DNA from: Octopus bimaculoides | Lineage: Eukaryota | Length of the DNA: 64,000 bases | Reading direction: 5' to 3' | Assembly: GCF_001194135.2 (NCBI RefSeq) | Contig: NC_068991.1 | Span: 17,499,882-17,563,881 of the forward strand | Part shown: in pieces, positions 50,745-64,000 of the stretch | Layout of the letters: every line of letters starts with the position of its first letter | How positions within the stretch are numbered: the stretch's first letter is position 1 | Translations under genes and position numbers: made by a program | The notes under the pieces: model-generated | What the model saw: only the letters and a program-made list of their open reading frames with translations | Database searches by the model: none | What the model was told of the DNA's origin: nothing

Positions 50745-53700
50745 TGTTGAATTATATATACAAATGTATAAAAATAGGAGATGAAAGGAACAAATAGGGA
50801 AAGTGAAATACCATGCTACACAAATGCCAGAACAAGCAAAAAAACCTGACTAGAACAAAAGGAATATATCAAAATTCATCTACAAAGACTATAAGCATAT
50901 GAACCCATGCAGGAATGTTAGGTGTGTGTATTTATACATGCATATATGTATATGTATGTGTGTGAATTGTATGGAGGAAGGTTCACTCAATATATGTGGA
51001 CACAACCGTCACTGAATGATTTACAGGAATGCTTTGAGATCATGAAGACCTGTGTTCAATTCTTCTGAGGAGCACTTGGGTAAATGTGTTCTCCTGTTAC
51101 CCCAAGTTAACACAAACCTTGTGAGTGAAATTTAATACATGAAATTTATATGCTAGCCTGTTGGCTGCAGAGTACCTGTAATTCAAAGGGCCTGTCTTAT
51201 CACATGGATTCTGCCTGAAGATTACATTCCAGGTACAAGTGTACATGGGAAACATTTGCTTCTGTCATTCAATGAGTAGATGATTCAATTGATGAAACAA
51301 CTGGAAAACACTGTTGAAACTAATGGAGGGTCAGTTTAATATATATATGTGTATATAATGAAACACAAAATATATATATGGCAGACAAGCACTTGAAAAG
51401 GATCAAGGCATCTTAAAAAACCTTCAAAATGTTATCTTGGAGCTACAGTCAACACACATACCTGACCCATGTTACATCATTCACCAATCTTTCAAAAGAA
51501 AGATGGCTCTCTCTGTCCATTTATCTCCTTTTTTTTTTCATTCTTCCTTCTCTCCAGTGATACCTGGTGAAGAAGTAAACTAACCATTGCCCCCAACCTT
51601 TTACAGTTTTGTAGCTCACCACAAAACCTTTTTTGGCATTGGAGTGAAGCAGAAACAGAATTGTTGCCAAAGGTTGGCAGCAAGAGGATAATCCCACATT
51701 GAATTTTGCCAATAGCCTTACCTATGCTAAATTTGGTAGCATTTGTTTGACACAAATGGTTCATCAGTTCATTTTGTTATAAATAAATGCAAATGCTGAT
51801 GGGAAAAAAACTCTACGCAGTCACTAGATCTGTGAAAAGTAGCAGCTATGTTTCATTCAAATCACATGACTTTTGCAAAAAAGAACATATTGGATAATGT
51901 AGTCCTAGATACACTATGACTAAAAAAGACAACAATGTTGGAAAATATTCTGCTATATGTCAGCACAATCAAGAATAATTTGGGGCTAAGCAATAACAAC
52001 AAATTCATGCAAAAGTTTAAATTTGCATAACTGCCTAATCTACATTAACATGATCAAAGGCTTATATATATATATATATAACAGTACATGTTATGCTAAA
52101 AGGTTAAAAACAAAAACAAACAAAAAGAAAGAAAACAAATGGATGCAGTGTAAGTTAAAAACAATTGCAAAAGATGTGAAATAAAAAAAAACAATAACAA
52201 ACACAACACATAAAACAAGAAAGCAACTAACTGCATGGTTATGTGATACATCAGCCACTACAGAAATAACAAGATCAACAGAACTTTTAAGAAGCAGTGG
52301 AAACCTACAAGGCTACAACACTGCACAACTCCTGCAATTCCAACTATGAAAGAAAAGAAGTTCACATCCTTCTTACTTCACTGGCATCAGGGTAACAGAA
52401 ACAGAAAATAAGAATCTGATTTAATTTAGTAAAATTTATCTTCCAAAAACATTTCATTGAAAATTTGACTGGCATCAGTAAAAGAGAACTATAGTGATCC
52501 CATAACTGTTGTGTGGTTCACAATCAGGCCTTGCAATGTTGCTTATGCACACCTTGGCTGAATGACAGAAGGTTGCACTATTATTTTCCCCTCGTCTTGC
52601 ATTCTCTCCTCTCTCTTCTGTCAACTGTGCACTCTTCTAAATCATAACATCCTATCATCTCCCCACCATCTCTGCTAACCGTATCATTCTCATGACTCCT
52701 CACCATTTTGACCCTCGCCCTTCATAGGTCTAAGAGATAGCATCAAACCACCTTCATTCTTCTGTCCAACACACAATAGTTTCACTTCTCTATTGTACAT
52801 CCATCACTCTTTCCCCTCTAGGTCACCTCCATTGCTACCTAATACCTACTCATACCTTTATCTGATCCCTTCTAGGCCACTACTGTTGCCACCCATCACC
52901 TCTGTAAAGTGGTTGGCCATAGAAAGGGTATCCAACCACAGAAACTGAGTCAAATGACACATCTAAGCACCACTCTATGGAAGCAGTGGCTTATAATCAC
53001 AGGTGACTCAGACTAGGAGGGTCCTGCCAACGCATGAAAAGTGGACATAAAATGATAATGACAATGCAGCAATGTGTCCTATTACACAAGCAACTGTTAC
53101 AAAGAAATGAAATGTCAGCAGTTGCAAAACAAAAAAAAAAGCCATAGATGAAATGGTCTTTTATAGATTTTGAAGAATTTTTTTTTATGCCTATGTTTTC
53201 TTTTACAGCTAAACACTTTTGTTACATACCATTAATCCATTCACTGTTATGTGCAAGGTGCAGATGGAAACTATTGCCATCCAGAGACATTCAGAGTTAT
53301 GTCCCTTGCCTAAAGTTGCAACAACTATTAAATTTAATAGTTCAATACAAAGTTAAAATTCATTATGCATCAAATATGTAATAATGAATTGTTGGTGAGT
53401 CAGCTCCTTCACAATCCATAGTTGCTAGCAGCACTATGTAATAGTTGAAACAATATAGTTGATGAGTTTATACATCTTATGGTGAAACAAGCCACTGTTT
53501 AAAGACTACAATATATACATTCTTTACCAACAATATATTCACCTACTACTTGATGATCTTCCCAACAAAAACTGACCATACAACTAGTTTTCACCAATCA
53601 AAATAGAGCAAAACCCCTATACATAATGCATACATTGTTGTAACTTAGGAGATAAACTGCTGCTAAACTAAATTTACAACCCAGGTTGAATTTCTAGTCA

Positions 53701-55559
53701 AAAATATTGCAACTTAACTACATTAATGATTTTGCAAGAAGTATGAACAATAACATTGGTAGCCAATAAAGCTAATTACCACAGGGAGAGATCTCTGATC
53801 TCAAAAGATGAAGCAATTGATAGCATACCAAACTACTGCCTGGATAGATAAATATAGAAATAGCTTCAAATTCATTTTGTCATTTTGTCCTAAATTCTGA
53901 TTTAAATAATTTCAGATTTTAGCTCCATTTACTATTGTATGAAGCAGATGGATGGATATGTCCCGAGACATAGCTCTAGTCTGAACTCATGTAATTTATT
54001 CAAGAAAGCTTGATATATCTGGCCTACAAATGAGTGAACATGAGTACATAGACTGAATTGTCCTGTACAAAGACACACTAAAATGCTAGAAGATATGTAA
54101 TATGTATATGATATAATATGAACAAGTGATAGTCCAATACTTTATCCACTGATGTATTCTACTATTAGTTCCACTCTTCTAAACAGAATAATTATCTATT
54201 CGGTCATTAAAAAAAAAGAGATAAAGATCAAGAGATTTCATCTAAGTTATAGTGCAAATGGTGATCCTTTGTTATTTCATCATGTTGGCAAAATAGCTGT
54301 CAGCAATATTCTTAAAACTTGAATAAATAGCTTTAAACACATCTAGGTGTCTTTGATGAGTTGCTTTTAATAAAATTATAGTTTTTCATATGGTTAACCT
54401 CATCATTAGAAATTAAAATATTTCTATTTGCATTTACACTATGTTTTGATCAGCACATAGAGATACCTGGTGGATAAGAACCTTATTAACCTTGATTTGG
54501 AAATAAAGGTTCTTAGTTCAAATGGTTGGTGCTATGCATAAACTCAAGAATAAGACCTTTGATGATAAATGAGAAGCAAACTAATTGAAATAGTATAGAT
54601 TTGCATAAATTCTAGCTCAAACATACAGGTTCATGATGCTGGAGCTTATCTGAATTTCAGATACTTTAGGCAACTGGAAGTACAAAACCTCCACTCTAAA
54701 TGGGATGTCAATCCATCACAGGGTCAACCCACAGCTCAAGACCAAATATTTGCTTCAGTTGCTTGATCATGGCCACTTGAGCATGTCTCTTAGAGGCTGA
54801 TAATATGTGCATCTCTGATCATGGGCAGGAGTGCTGGAGTAGCATCATAGCCCTGTGTTGAGAGGGATTCTTTGGTGTTTGAATAAATGTAACAAAAGCA
54901 AAGTTTGAAGGAAGTATTAGCTCTTTTTCATACCTTACTCAAAGAGCACATGATACTGCTTAGTCCAAGACACAAATCCACAATGAGCCTAACATCCTAA
55001 CTAGTAGACCACGGGTTTTCAAATGGATATACATAGCACGGATTATACTATCGTCAAACACAATAAACATTTGCTTACATGTACCAAATAATTTACAGTT
55101 TAAATTTCAGCTATTTTTCAAAAGATGTTTCTGTTACCTGAGGTGAGCAAAGAAAGATGGGACAAAAAAAAGTCACACAAGAACAAAGGAATTAATTTCT
55201 TACTACCATCTTACCTCACACTCATCTTTAATCCATCCTTCATCAGTTTCAGAAGAATCAACCTTTAGGAAAAACAAAACTGACACAAATAAAACCCTTG
55301 CTGCATGTCACCAACATCCAGCTGCATTTTACTAATTAGGATTCTTGTGGGTTTTGTTGTTGTTTTTTATTACTTTTCCTAATGTGACTTTCCTAATGTC
55401 GGTAGTCATGAAATCTCCACTTAGTTCTTTAACTTTATCCTTTCCTTTTAAGCTGTCTAGCTCCCTTGCATTTACTAAGATTTTCTTTAGAATCAAATAG
55501 TTGCATCTGTGCACATGTTTGTATGTATAAACATACATACAAGTGTGTATCTATCGATC

Positions 55560-55592
<33 letters not shown>

Positions 55593-55609
55593 TTACACAT
55601 TCATATTCT

Positions 55610-55990
55610 TTTTTTCTTTTATTTGTTTCAGCCATTTGACTGCGGCCATGCTGGAGCACAGCTTTTAGTCGAACAAATCAACCACAGGACTTCTTCATTG
55701 TAAGCCTAGTACTTATTCCATCGGTCTCTTTTGCCGAACTGCTAAGTTACAGGGACGTAAACACACCAACATTGGTTGTCAAGCAATGGTGGTGGTGGGG
55801 GGGGGGCAAACACAGACACACAAACACACACATACGACGGGCTTCCTTCAGTTTCCATCTACCAAATCCACTCGCAAGGCTTTGGTCGGCCTGAGGCTAT
55901 AGTAGAAGACACTTGCCCAAAGTGCCACGCAGTGGGACTGAACCATGTGATTGGTAAGCAAGCTACTTACCACACAGTCACTCCTGCACC
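55610..55990 (-). mobile_element. SINE family A copy (inverted)
   Basis: Reverse complement of the family A head and tail motifs. Confidence 0.85.
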
Positions 55991-57169
55991 TTGATATAAA
56001 TACACAGATACATTGTCCCTATTTTCTATAGAGAGGCACTAATGTTAAATCATCCTGAAGATAAGACTAGAGTTCTAGAAATGTTACAGAAAGATTTAGG
56101 AAATTTATGGTTCTAAACACTGTTAGAGCACATATGAAATTCTTTCTAAAAAATTTTATGAAAAAAGTAAATAAAACCAGAACACTTGTAATTTCAATGC
56201 AGAATGTCTGGATGAGTCACAGACCCTGTCCCTAATTTCCACCAGGTAAGGAACAACTTAAAAATGGAAAAGTTAGTTTACTAAACTCCTTCAAATTCTT
56301 ACCTATTTTCAAATTATTTCAAATGATCCATCCAGCCACACACACACACACACACAAGTATGCATACATATTTATGAATATATCTTTCTATAAACACGTG
56401 TGTATAACAGACAGACACACACACACACAACATACACAGATATGTGTGTAGATTTATTCTTCATGAGTGGCCAAAACCTAGTATAGGCTGAAGAATGACA
56501 AGTGACGTAGATAAAAAAAAAACATACTTCCACCAAAATGAAAAAGTTATTTACTTTACTAAACTCTTGATTATTTTTCTAATTGTTTCGTATGAAAGCT
56601 AGATAGTGTATTTCCTTAGAAGTTTAAACATCAGCATCAAAAACTACTACCACCAAGATTATTCTAATAACACTGTGCAATGAAATTTTAATATTTTTTT
56701 GTCTTTGATCAGTAAGTATAATTTCGTATTTGCTTCTACCTAGAAATCAAAGAAAATGATTACTATTCCCCTTCAACTTTGCTTTTGTGACCTGGACATC
56801 AATGTTTAGAAACCGACCTATTTTCCATTACATTTCAGACAAATCCAGTACTGGGTACTGAGTAGTGGCTGACAATATGTGCGTCTCTGATCACGAGTAT
56901 TGGGGGAACATCATAGCCATGTGTTAAGAGGGGTTTATTTGGAGTTTGAATAAATGAAACAAAAGCAAAGTTTGAAGGAAATATTAGCCATTTTTCATAC
57001 TTTCTATGGGGTAAGCAAATAGGAAATAATAGTTGCTATCCAAGGACATAAATCATACTACACAGTGTAATTACTGTTTCCTCTTTTGACTTCACTTAAC
57101 CTCCATTCCAGGTTTACATTTTCATACAGTCACAATCAAGTTGACCAACAACGATTTTACTTAACCTAC

Positions 57170-57742
57170 CTTATCAGGTCTTGGAGAAGAAACCCTCTCC
57201 ACTGGAGCAGATGAAATGTTGGAGCTGCTTTTCAGCTCATTGCTTTTGGATTGATGAGGCAGTTCGTTCTGCAATACCTGTTGCTGCTGTCTTCTTCGGT
57301 TGTCTGGTGGTGGTGGTGATGATGGAGGTGGTGGCACTAATGAAGGAAACTCCACTGAGGGCAGCGGTTGTTGCTTCTCCTCCAGTCTTGCAGTTTGTTC
57401 GATGTTCTTCAAGTTGTTTGCTTCAACATCATTCTTTGTCCTGGGGCTCCTTACACTCTCAACACTTTTCACCTCTGACTGTTTCAACACTGGTTCTTCT
57501 GTCGTGTTGGCTGCAAACACGTCATCTTCGAAATTGTCGGTGGTGTTGTTATCGTTCTTGTTGCTAGTGGCATTGTTGTTGTAGTTGCCACTGATCCTGT
57601 TGCTTCTGTTGTTCTTGCTGTTGTCTTCGATGGTGTCACTTTTTTCCTTCTTTATCACAGTGTTATCACGTTTGGGGCTGATCGATGTTTGTGACACTGT
57701 TGTAGCATCACCTTTTCTCGAAACATTTTCATTTTGGAAACT
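57170..57742 (-). CDS. LMO7: LMO7-like exon (573 nt, phase 0 to 0): low-complexity N/S/P/Q-rich region SFQNENVSRK...SSPRPDK
   Basis: Contains ORF 57161..57697. Acceptor tttcatttgacag, donor AAG|gtaggt. Confidence 0.85.
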
Positions 57743-59267
57743 CTGTCAAATGAAACCAACAAAATAGACAAGACAATTTATTAGACGAGATATATCATAT
57801 ATTAGACAAAACAAATCAGAAAAGAAGATCATCATCATTTAATGTTCACATTTCATGCAGACATGGGTTGGATGGTTTAACAGGATCCAATGGGTCTTAA
57901 AAACTGCAGCATGCTCCAATGTCTGCATTGGCCTGATATTTATGGTTAGATGCCTTTCCTAATCACTAATCACTTTCCTAACACTAATCACTTTACAGCA
58001 ACTAGTGGATGTTTTTTTTTCATAACACCAGCAATAGTGAAGTTGCCATGCAGCCTATAAAACTAAGATCCTTCCTCTTCTTGTAGCTACGGTAGAAAGA
58101 GAGGCAGCTTTATGCAATGGGACAAGGGGTCAAAGTGAGAGAAAAGGGTTCAGAACAAGATTCTTGCTGTAAGGGAGCTAGACAGCTACTTACATTATAA
58201 AAAAGGGGATGGGAGTGACCAGGTGAAACTGGAGGGAGATAAAAAATAGGGGTGATGAGGTGTCAGGGAGGGCAAGAATGTAGGGGAGAGTGAGAGATAG
58301 AGTATGGATAAGAAGGTAGATACTATGATGAACAAGTGATTAAGGGATGATATGTGAGGAAAGTAGGGAAGGGTAAGCAACAACTGTAGAAAATGGGTGG
58401 GGTTGAGGGTGATCAATGATATGAGTTAGGGGATAAGAGATGACTGACAATGGAGAAAAAGCAGGCAGGATGGTGAAGAGCAGCAGAATAATAACAATAA
58501 AAACAATGTTACGTGTTTTGATTAAATGTAATTATCTTGATATATAAAAAAAAGAATGTATGTATGCTCTAAGTTATAGGCTGCAATTTTGCAACTCGAC
58601 AGCTGAAATTTTGCTTAGGAGTACACCTTTCCAATGAGAATTCCATAGACTCCTCTATGTTTTCAGAAGGATAAGGAATGAGAAAGTCATCCATGTTTTG
58701 TATCAACTTAGAGAGGATGTATGTATATCAGTTTTACAAAGCTAAATGGTGAGGACAAATTGGTTCCATTCTCAGTTCATTTATTAGTTGTCTTTGAAGT
58801 GAGGGATAAATTGTGATGTTCCATAGTACCATGTATAATTGTGTGTATGTGTCTAGGGTACAGGCATTACCAAATAACTAAGATGTTTAGTTTGTAATCA
58901 TTGCTGGATTTGATCCTAAGGTGTGGCATCTTATTACAAGTGTCTTGACCACCTGAGCATGGGAATGAAATTTGATACACAAAAAAATGTGCATAAGCCT
59001 ACAGGATGGACTGCACATGGACAAAATTGATCCTTTGAATAACAAGTGCAGCTCAAGTGACAGGTTTCCCACAGAGTTCCTACTTATACAATTTCATTCC
59101 CAAAGCCGTTGTAGAAGACACTTTCTCGAGAGGCCATGCTGTGAAAGTGAATCTAAGACCCCATGATAATGAAAAAAAGTTTATTGTGCGTATGTTGTGA
59201 GTATTGTATGTCTGTAGGCTACGTAGCATGTGCATGTGTGTTGCATGGCATGTGTCTGTTATATTGC

Positions 59268-60140
59268 GTGCACCTGTATGCTGTGTTGCATGTCTGTATG
59301 GGATGTTGCGTGTATCTGTATGGTATGTTGCGTGAATCTGTATGGTATGTTGCGTGTGTCTGTATGGTATGTTGCGTGTGTCTGTANNNNNNNNNNNNNN
59401 NNNNNNNNNNNNNNNNNNNNNNNNNNNNNNNNNNNNNNNNNNNNNNNNNNNNNNNNNNNNNNNNNNNNNNNNNNNNNNNNNNNNNNTGTTGCGTGTGTCT
59501 GTATGGGATGTTGCGTGTGTCTGTGTGGGATGTTGCTTGTGTCTGTGTGGGATGTTGCTTGTGTCTGTATGGGATGTTGCATGTGTCTGTATGGGATGTT
59601 GCGTGTGTCTGTATGGTATGTTGGGTGTGTCTGCATGGGATGTTGCATGTGTCTGTATGGTATGTTGCGTGTGTCTGTATGGTATGTTGCGTGTGTCTGT
59701 AAGGTATGTTGCGTGTGTCTGTATGGTNNNNNNNNNNNNNNNNNNNNNNNNNNNNNNNNNNNNNNNNNNNNNNNNNNNNNNNNNNNNNNNNNNNNNNNNN
59801 NNNNNNNNNNNNNNNNNNNNNNNNNNNNNNNNNNNNNNNNNNNNNNNNNNNNNNNNNNNNNNNNNNNNNNNNNNNNNNNNNNNNNNNNNNNNNNNNNNGT
59901 GCCTGTATGGGATGTTGCGTGTGTCTGTATGGTATGTTGTGTGTGTCTGTATGGTATGTTGTGTGTGTCTGTATGGTATGTTGGGTGTGTCTGTATGGTA
60001 TGTTGCGTGTGTCTGTATGGGATGTTGTGTGTGTCTGTATGGTATGTTGCGTGTGTCTGTATGGTATGTTGCGTGTGCCTGTATGGGATGTTGTGTGTGT
60101 CTGTATGGGATGTTGTGTGTGTCTGCATGTTATGCTGTGT
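59268..60140. repeat. 22-bp minisatellite, consensus TGTTGCGTGTGTCTGTATGG(T/G)A, interrupted by two gaps
   Basis: Tandem units read directly from the sequence; they explain the C/V/Y-rich ORFs 59163-60294. Confidence 0.92.
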
Positions 60141-60198
60141 ATGTCTGTATGTTAAGTTGTGTGAATGTTGTGTGTTGTATGTATGTATGAGCACTTAC

Positions 60199-60274
60199 AT
60201 CACTGGCAGGCAAACTGTCATTTTCTGTACCATCATCTGTGGAATTAAAATTTTTAAAACTCTTCCGTTTCTCT
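60199..60274 (-). CDS. LMO7: LMO7-like exon (76 nt, phase 2 to 0): EKRKSFKNFNSTDDGTENDSLPASD
   Basis: Acceptor ttctatattttcag, donor GAT|gtaagt. Exactly bridges the phase-2 end at 62541 and the phase-0 start at 57742. Confidence 0.85.
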
Positions 60275-62540
60275 CTGAAAATATAGAAGCATAAAAAAAA
60301 TTAAAGACGAGTGGTAGAAATATTCAATGAGAAATGTTCTTCCAATTGTCTTGAATAACACCAGGTGCAAATTCACATTGGATAAAAATTAAAATACACA
60401 AACAGGAAGATAAAGATTTGGGTACAAATTGAAGTTTTATTAAGTGGCTGATGGAGTGGTTCACTAATTTGTGCCTGAAGATAGAAGAGACACCAATGTC
60501 TTCAAGAATATATTTTATATTTTTTTTATCTTTTAGCTTATACTCGTTTCAATCATTGGATTGTGGCCATGCTGCAGCATCAACTTGAAACATTTAGATG
60601 AACAAGTTGGTCTCAGAGCTTATTTTTTAAGTCTGTTACTTATTCTATCAGTTACTTTTGTTAACCTACTAAGCTACAGGAATGTAAACAAACCAACACT
60701 AGTTGTCAAGCATCACACACACACACACACACACATGAAGGGCTTTCACACAGGTTTTGTCCAACAAATTTTCTTACAAGATCAGCTGAACGGTGCCATA
60801 CAGTGGAATTGAACCAACAACCACATGGCTGCAAGGTAAGCTTCTTAACCACAAGGCCAGGTCTATGCCTATGTTTATTAAGACTCAGATATTATTTTTA
60901 CAAAATTTTAAATACAAACATCTGTGCTTGTTCAAATTTCACCAAAGTCAACTTGGCAGTTCATCCCTCCAAGGTCAATAAATAATGTAGCAGTCAAAAA
61001 ATATCGGGATCAATGATATCAATGAATGCTTCTCAAAATTGCTTGCCTTGTATCACATCTGATTTTACTTACACTGAGGTTGGTCAAGAGTCCTAGGACT
61101 CATATGGCTAGAGCTTAACCCAGTTTCTACGGTGTGTAAGTGACTGAGATTGCAACACACCACACCTGGGCAAGATGCCAGTCTGTCAAATGGCCAACTT
61201 CCCAGTTACTGCTGAAGCTAACTCACAGCTGAGTAAAGTGGAGTAACATGAAATGAAGTATTTTTCTCAAGAGCACAATATGCTGCCCCTTCAAGAAATT
61301 GAAACCATAATCTTACAATCATGAGTGCAACACCCGAACCACTAGGTCACATGCCCTCTCTATCTAATACTAACCCCTCCAAAAAATTTAATGAGTAAAA
61401 ATAAAATGTAATTTTTTTCAATACATATGCTGTCATTATTTGAATGTACTTTGCACTGCTTACTATTATTACAAAGCACTAATATCTGAAAGAATTATGT
61501 TGCTATGTAGCAATACATGTTAATATTGTTTTCTATAGCAGTTCATTTCTTAGCCTAATCCTTATAGGATTTCATCTTTTATTATATAATCTACAGATCA
61601 GTCAGCATATGACACATTGAGCATATGACATACTGGTCGCAAATAACTTACTGCAAAGCAAAATTGAAAGAAGAAAAGGAAACACCTACATAGGAATGTA
61701 TGCTGAATAATCATTGATAAGTTGGTAGTTTCAAAACAAGCAACCAAAAGTAATAAAAATAGTGGCAATTGTTTGGTGCTTTCGTACATGGGATGGAGGG
61801 AGAATGAGGGGGAAAAGGTGCACAAGGAAATAAGGGCATAGTAAACACATTTATAGATAGTCAACTGAAGAGGTTTTGATTTTGAGTTATGAAATAAAAA
61901 CAAGAAAAATTGAAGCAATTTCACAAATTGTCAGATTGTTACAAAACAAATATTAGTGTGTTGTGGTTTCCGGGGCAAACCACAATCCACTAAACCAAGC
62001 CCCTCTTGAGGGGCTTAAGGGTTAATCAATTCCTTAGACCCCAAAACTTGTCTGGTGCTTTATTTTATTTACAGGAGAGGAACAAAAGGCAAAGCTGACT
62101 CTCGCAAGATTATTACCATTAATACCAACATAAAATAAAAAACAACAAAGTTCATTTCACAACCATTTTATTTCAGGCTCAATTCCAATGCACAACAGTT
62201 TGAGCTAATGTCTTTTGTAACAGACCTGAGCTGACCAAAGCCTTGTGAGTGAAATATAATAGATGGAAACTATACAGAAGCCTATAAGAACAGTTCATGT
62301 TCTTGGGTGAAAGACTAGTTTAACATTAACAGTTGGCTGATGACCTTTGAGTGTTTTTAACATGGCCCACTCTGTTGCTAGAATTTAGGACAGCTCTCTG
62401 GTTTGAAGATAATTTCCATATTACCATCCTTCCTCTCTTTGGTCATGGAGCCCCAAGATAAGATAATGGATGTTGCCATTCTTTCTCTGGGTCATGTATA
62501 AAAAATAAATAAATGAATAACAAGTAGAAGTAATATTTAC

Positions 62541-62665
62541 CTGTCTTCAACCATTTCTTTGAAAGTCTTCACAGAACGTTTAGTTACCTGAGACGTCTCA
62601 TCTGGCTCTTCAAGTGCTGATAGAGACTTCCTACTCTGTCTCCGAAACTTCCAGGAAGCAAGGTT
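62541..62665 (-). CDS. LMO7: LMO7-like exon (125 nt, phase 0 to 2): NLASWKFRRQSRKSLSALEEPDETSQVTKRSVKTFKEMVED(R)
   Basis: Acceptor ttgcttgcag, donor AG|gtaaat. W-K-x-RR...KTF-x-EM-x-E motif resembles the DUF4757 region of LMO7/LIMCH1/Smallish (recognised from memory). Confidence 0.85.
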
Positions 62666-63224
62666 CTGCAAGCAATATGTGAAGATAATCATTAAAGACA
62701 GCAACATCAGTGATGAAAATGAGAGTGAAACAGGCTAAACATCTAGCTGAATTTAAGTACGTCTCTTTTATGCTCCCGTTTCAAATTATACTGAAGAGGG
62801 CAGAGTCAACACTGCCTTTCATCTTTCCAGATTCAATAAAACTATGTACCAGTCATATGATAGGGTTGATATTTATCAAAAGGATGTGCTATAATACTAT
62901 TCCACATATACAAAAACAGCCATACCACCAATCCAACATACCTCCATCATCAGCTGCCCCACTGATATCACTATTGTTTCGACACCTGGGCAGTACCATT
63001 CAATCCGGTGGTGTCAAGAGCACTAAAATAAGTGTTGTTTGAGAACAAACATACCAAAGAAACCACAACTTTCAAACACATTTACCCTGTGTACAACCGT
63101 ATCAGTAAATAAATTCAATAAGTAAATCACAACCAACTCTAAAATACGTAACTAAACAGCAACCAATCCATTTAGTCATAGAAAAATTATATTCCCTACC
63201 ATCTTCCATAGTATAATATGTTGC

Positions 63225-63503
63225 CTTCCTGGCACTTGTGCCGGTGGCATGTGTAAAGACATTCGAGCGAGATTGTTGCCAGTGCCGCTGGACTGGCTCC
63301 TGTGCAGGTGGCACGTAAAATACACCATTTTGAGCGTGGCCGTTGCCAGTACCGCCTGACTGGCCTTCATGCCGGTGGCACGTAAAAGCACCCACTACAC
63401 TCTCGGAGTGGTTGGCATTAGGATGGGCATCCAGCTGTAGAAACTCTGCCAAATCAGATTGGAGCCTGGTGTAGCCACCTGGTTCACCAGTCCTCAGTCA
63501 AAT
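63225..63503 (+). mobile_element. Family C SINE-like copy, cut by a gap
   Basis: Near-identical to 31348..31723. Confidence 0.8.
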
Positions 63504-63734
63504 NNNNNNNNNNNNNNNNNNNNNNNNNNNNNNNNNNNNNNNNNNNNNNNNNNNNNNNNNNNNNNNNNNNNNNNNNNNNNNNNNNNNNNNNNNNNNNNNN
63601 NNNNNNNNNNNNNNNNNNNNNNNNNNNNNNNNNNNNNNNNNNNNNNNNNNNNNNNNNNNNNNNNNNNNNNNNNNNNNNNNNNNNNNNNNNNNNNNNNNNN
63701 NNNNNNNNNNNNNNNNNNNNNNNNNNNNNNNNNN

Positions 63735-63799
<65 letters not shown>

Positions 63800-64000
63800 G
63801 TATATATATATACATACTCATATGCACACGTACATACACAAGCAGTGCTCCAGTATAGCCACAGTCAAATGACTGAAAGAGATAAGAGAATAAAAACAAA
63901 AAGAATAAGAGAACAAAAATATGTGGGTAGGTGGATGCAGGATTCTAGAAAGGAATCACTGTGCTCATTCCCAACTTACTTGGGACCAGTCTTCTTCAGT

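Larger units (their letters stand above)
29270..62665 (-). other. LMO7: Multi-exon gene span (partial): LMO7/LIMCH1/Smallish-like PDZ-LIM scaffold protein; 5' exons outside window, 3' LIM exon(s) not found
   Basis: 13 hand-assembled exons with canonical AG/GT sites and matching phases, summing to 3886 nt. Domain order DUF4757-like motif, PDZ, coiled-coil, LIM start matches the LMO7 family. Orthology was not tested by search. Confidence 0.8.

Noticed and set aside
51619-51720. In-frame phase 0-0 cassette exon candidate (VRLLAKFNVG...KKGFV)
   Set aside because: Donor is plausible but the acceptor has no polypyrimidine tract, and the gene chain closes without it.
57740-57744. Second AG 2 nt into the 57742 exon that would allow in-frame skipping of the 76-nt exon
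   Set aside because: A GAG acceptor directly after a CAG is rarely used; no supporting evidence.
59163-60294. Cys-rich repetitive ORFs resembling metallothionein or keratin-associated proteins
   Set aside because: Translation of a 22-bp non-triplet minisatellite plus gaps, inside an intron.

Overview
AT-rich animal genomic scaffold with 12 N-gaps and dense (TA)n/(CA)n/(GA)n/(AAT)n microsatellites. The repeat landscape looks like Octopus (inferred from repeat style, not confirmed). The main feature is a minus-strand multi-exon gene. I could chain 13 exons from 62665 down to 29270, all with GT-AG boundaries and compatible phases: 3886 nt, about 1295 codons, no internal stop. They encode a DUF4757-like motif (KTFKEMVEDR), a PDZ domain split over two exons, a Q/E-rich coiled-coil and the first half of a LIM domain, which is LMO7/LIMCH1/Smallish architecture. 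The 5' exons lie beyond the window end, and the rest of the LIM domain was not found. The remainder is mostly tRNA-derived and RTE-tailed SINEs, MITEs (hAT, Tc1/mariner), a head-to-head mariner derivative, piggyBac, RTE and CR1/L2-type remnants, a Helentron-like element, a tRNA-like gene and a 22-bp minisatellite. The most striking unexplained signal is a perfect 20-nt intronic reverse complement of the 3' splice site of the first PDZ exon, about 1 kb upstream in the pre-mRNA. Most provided ORFs are microsatellite, gap or SINE artefacts.
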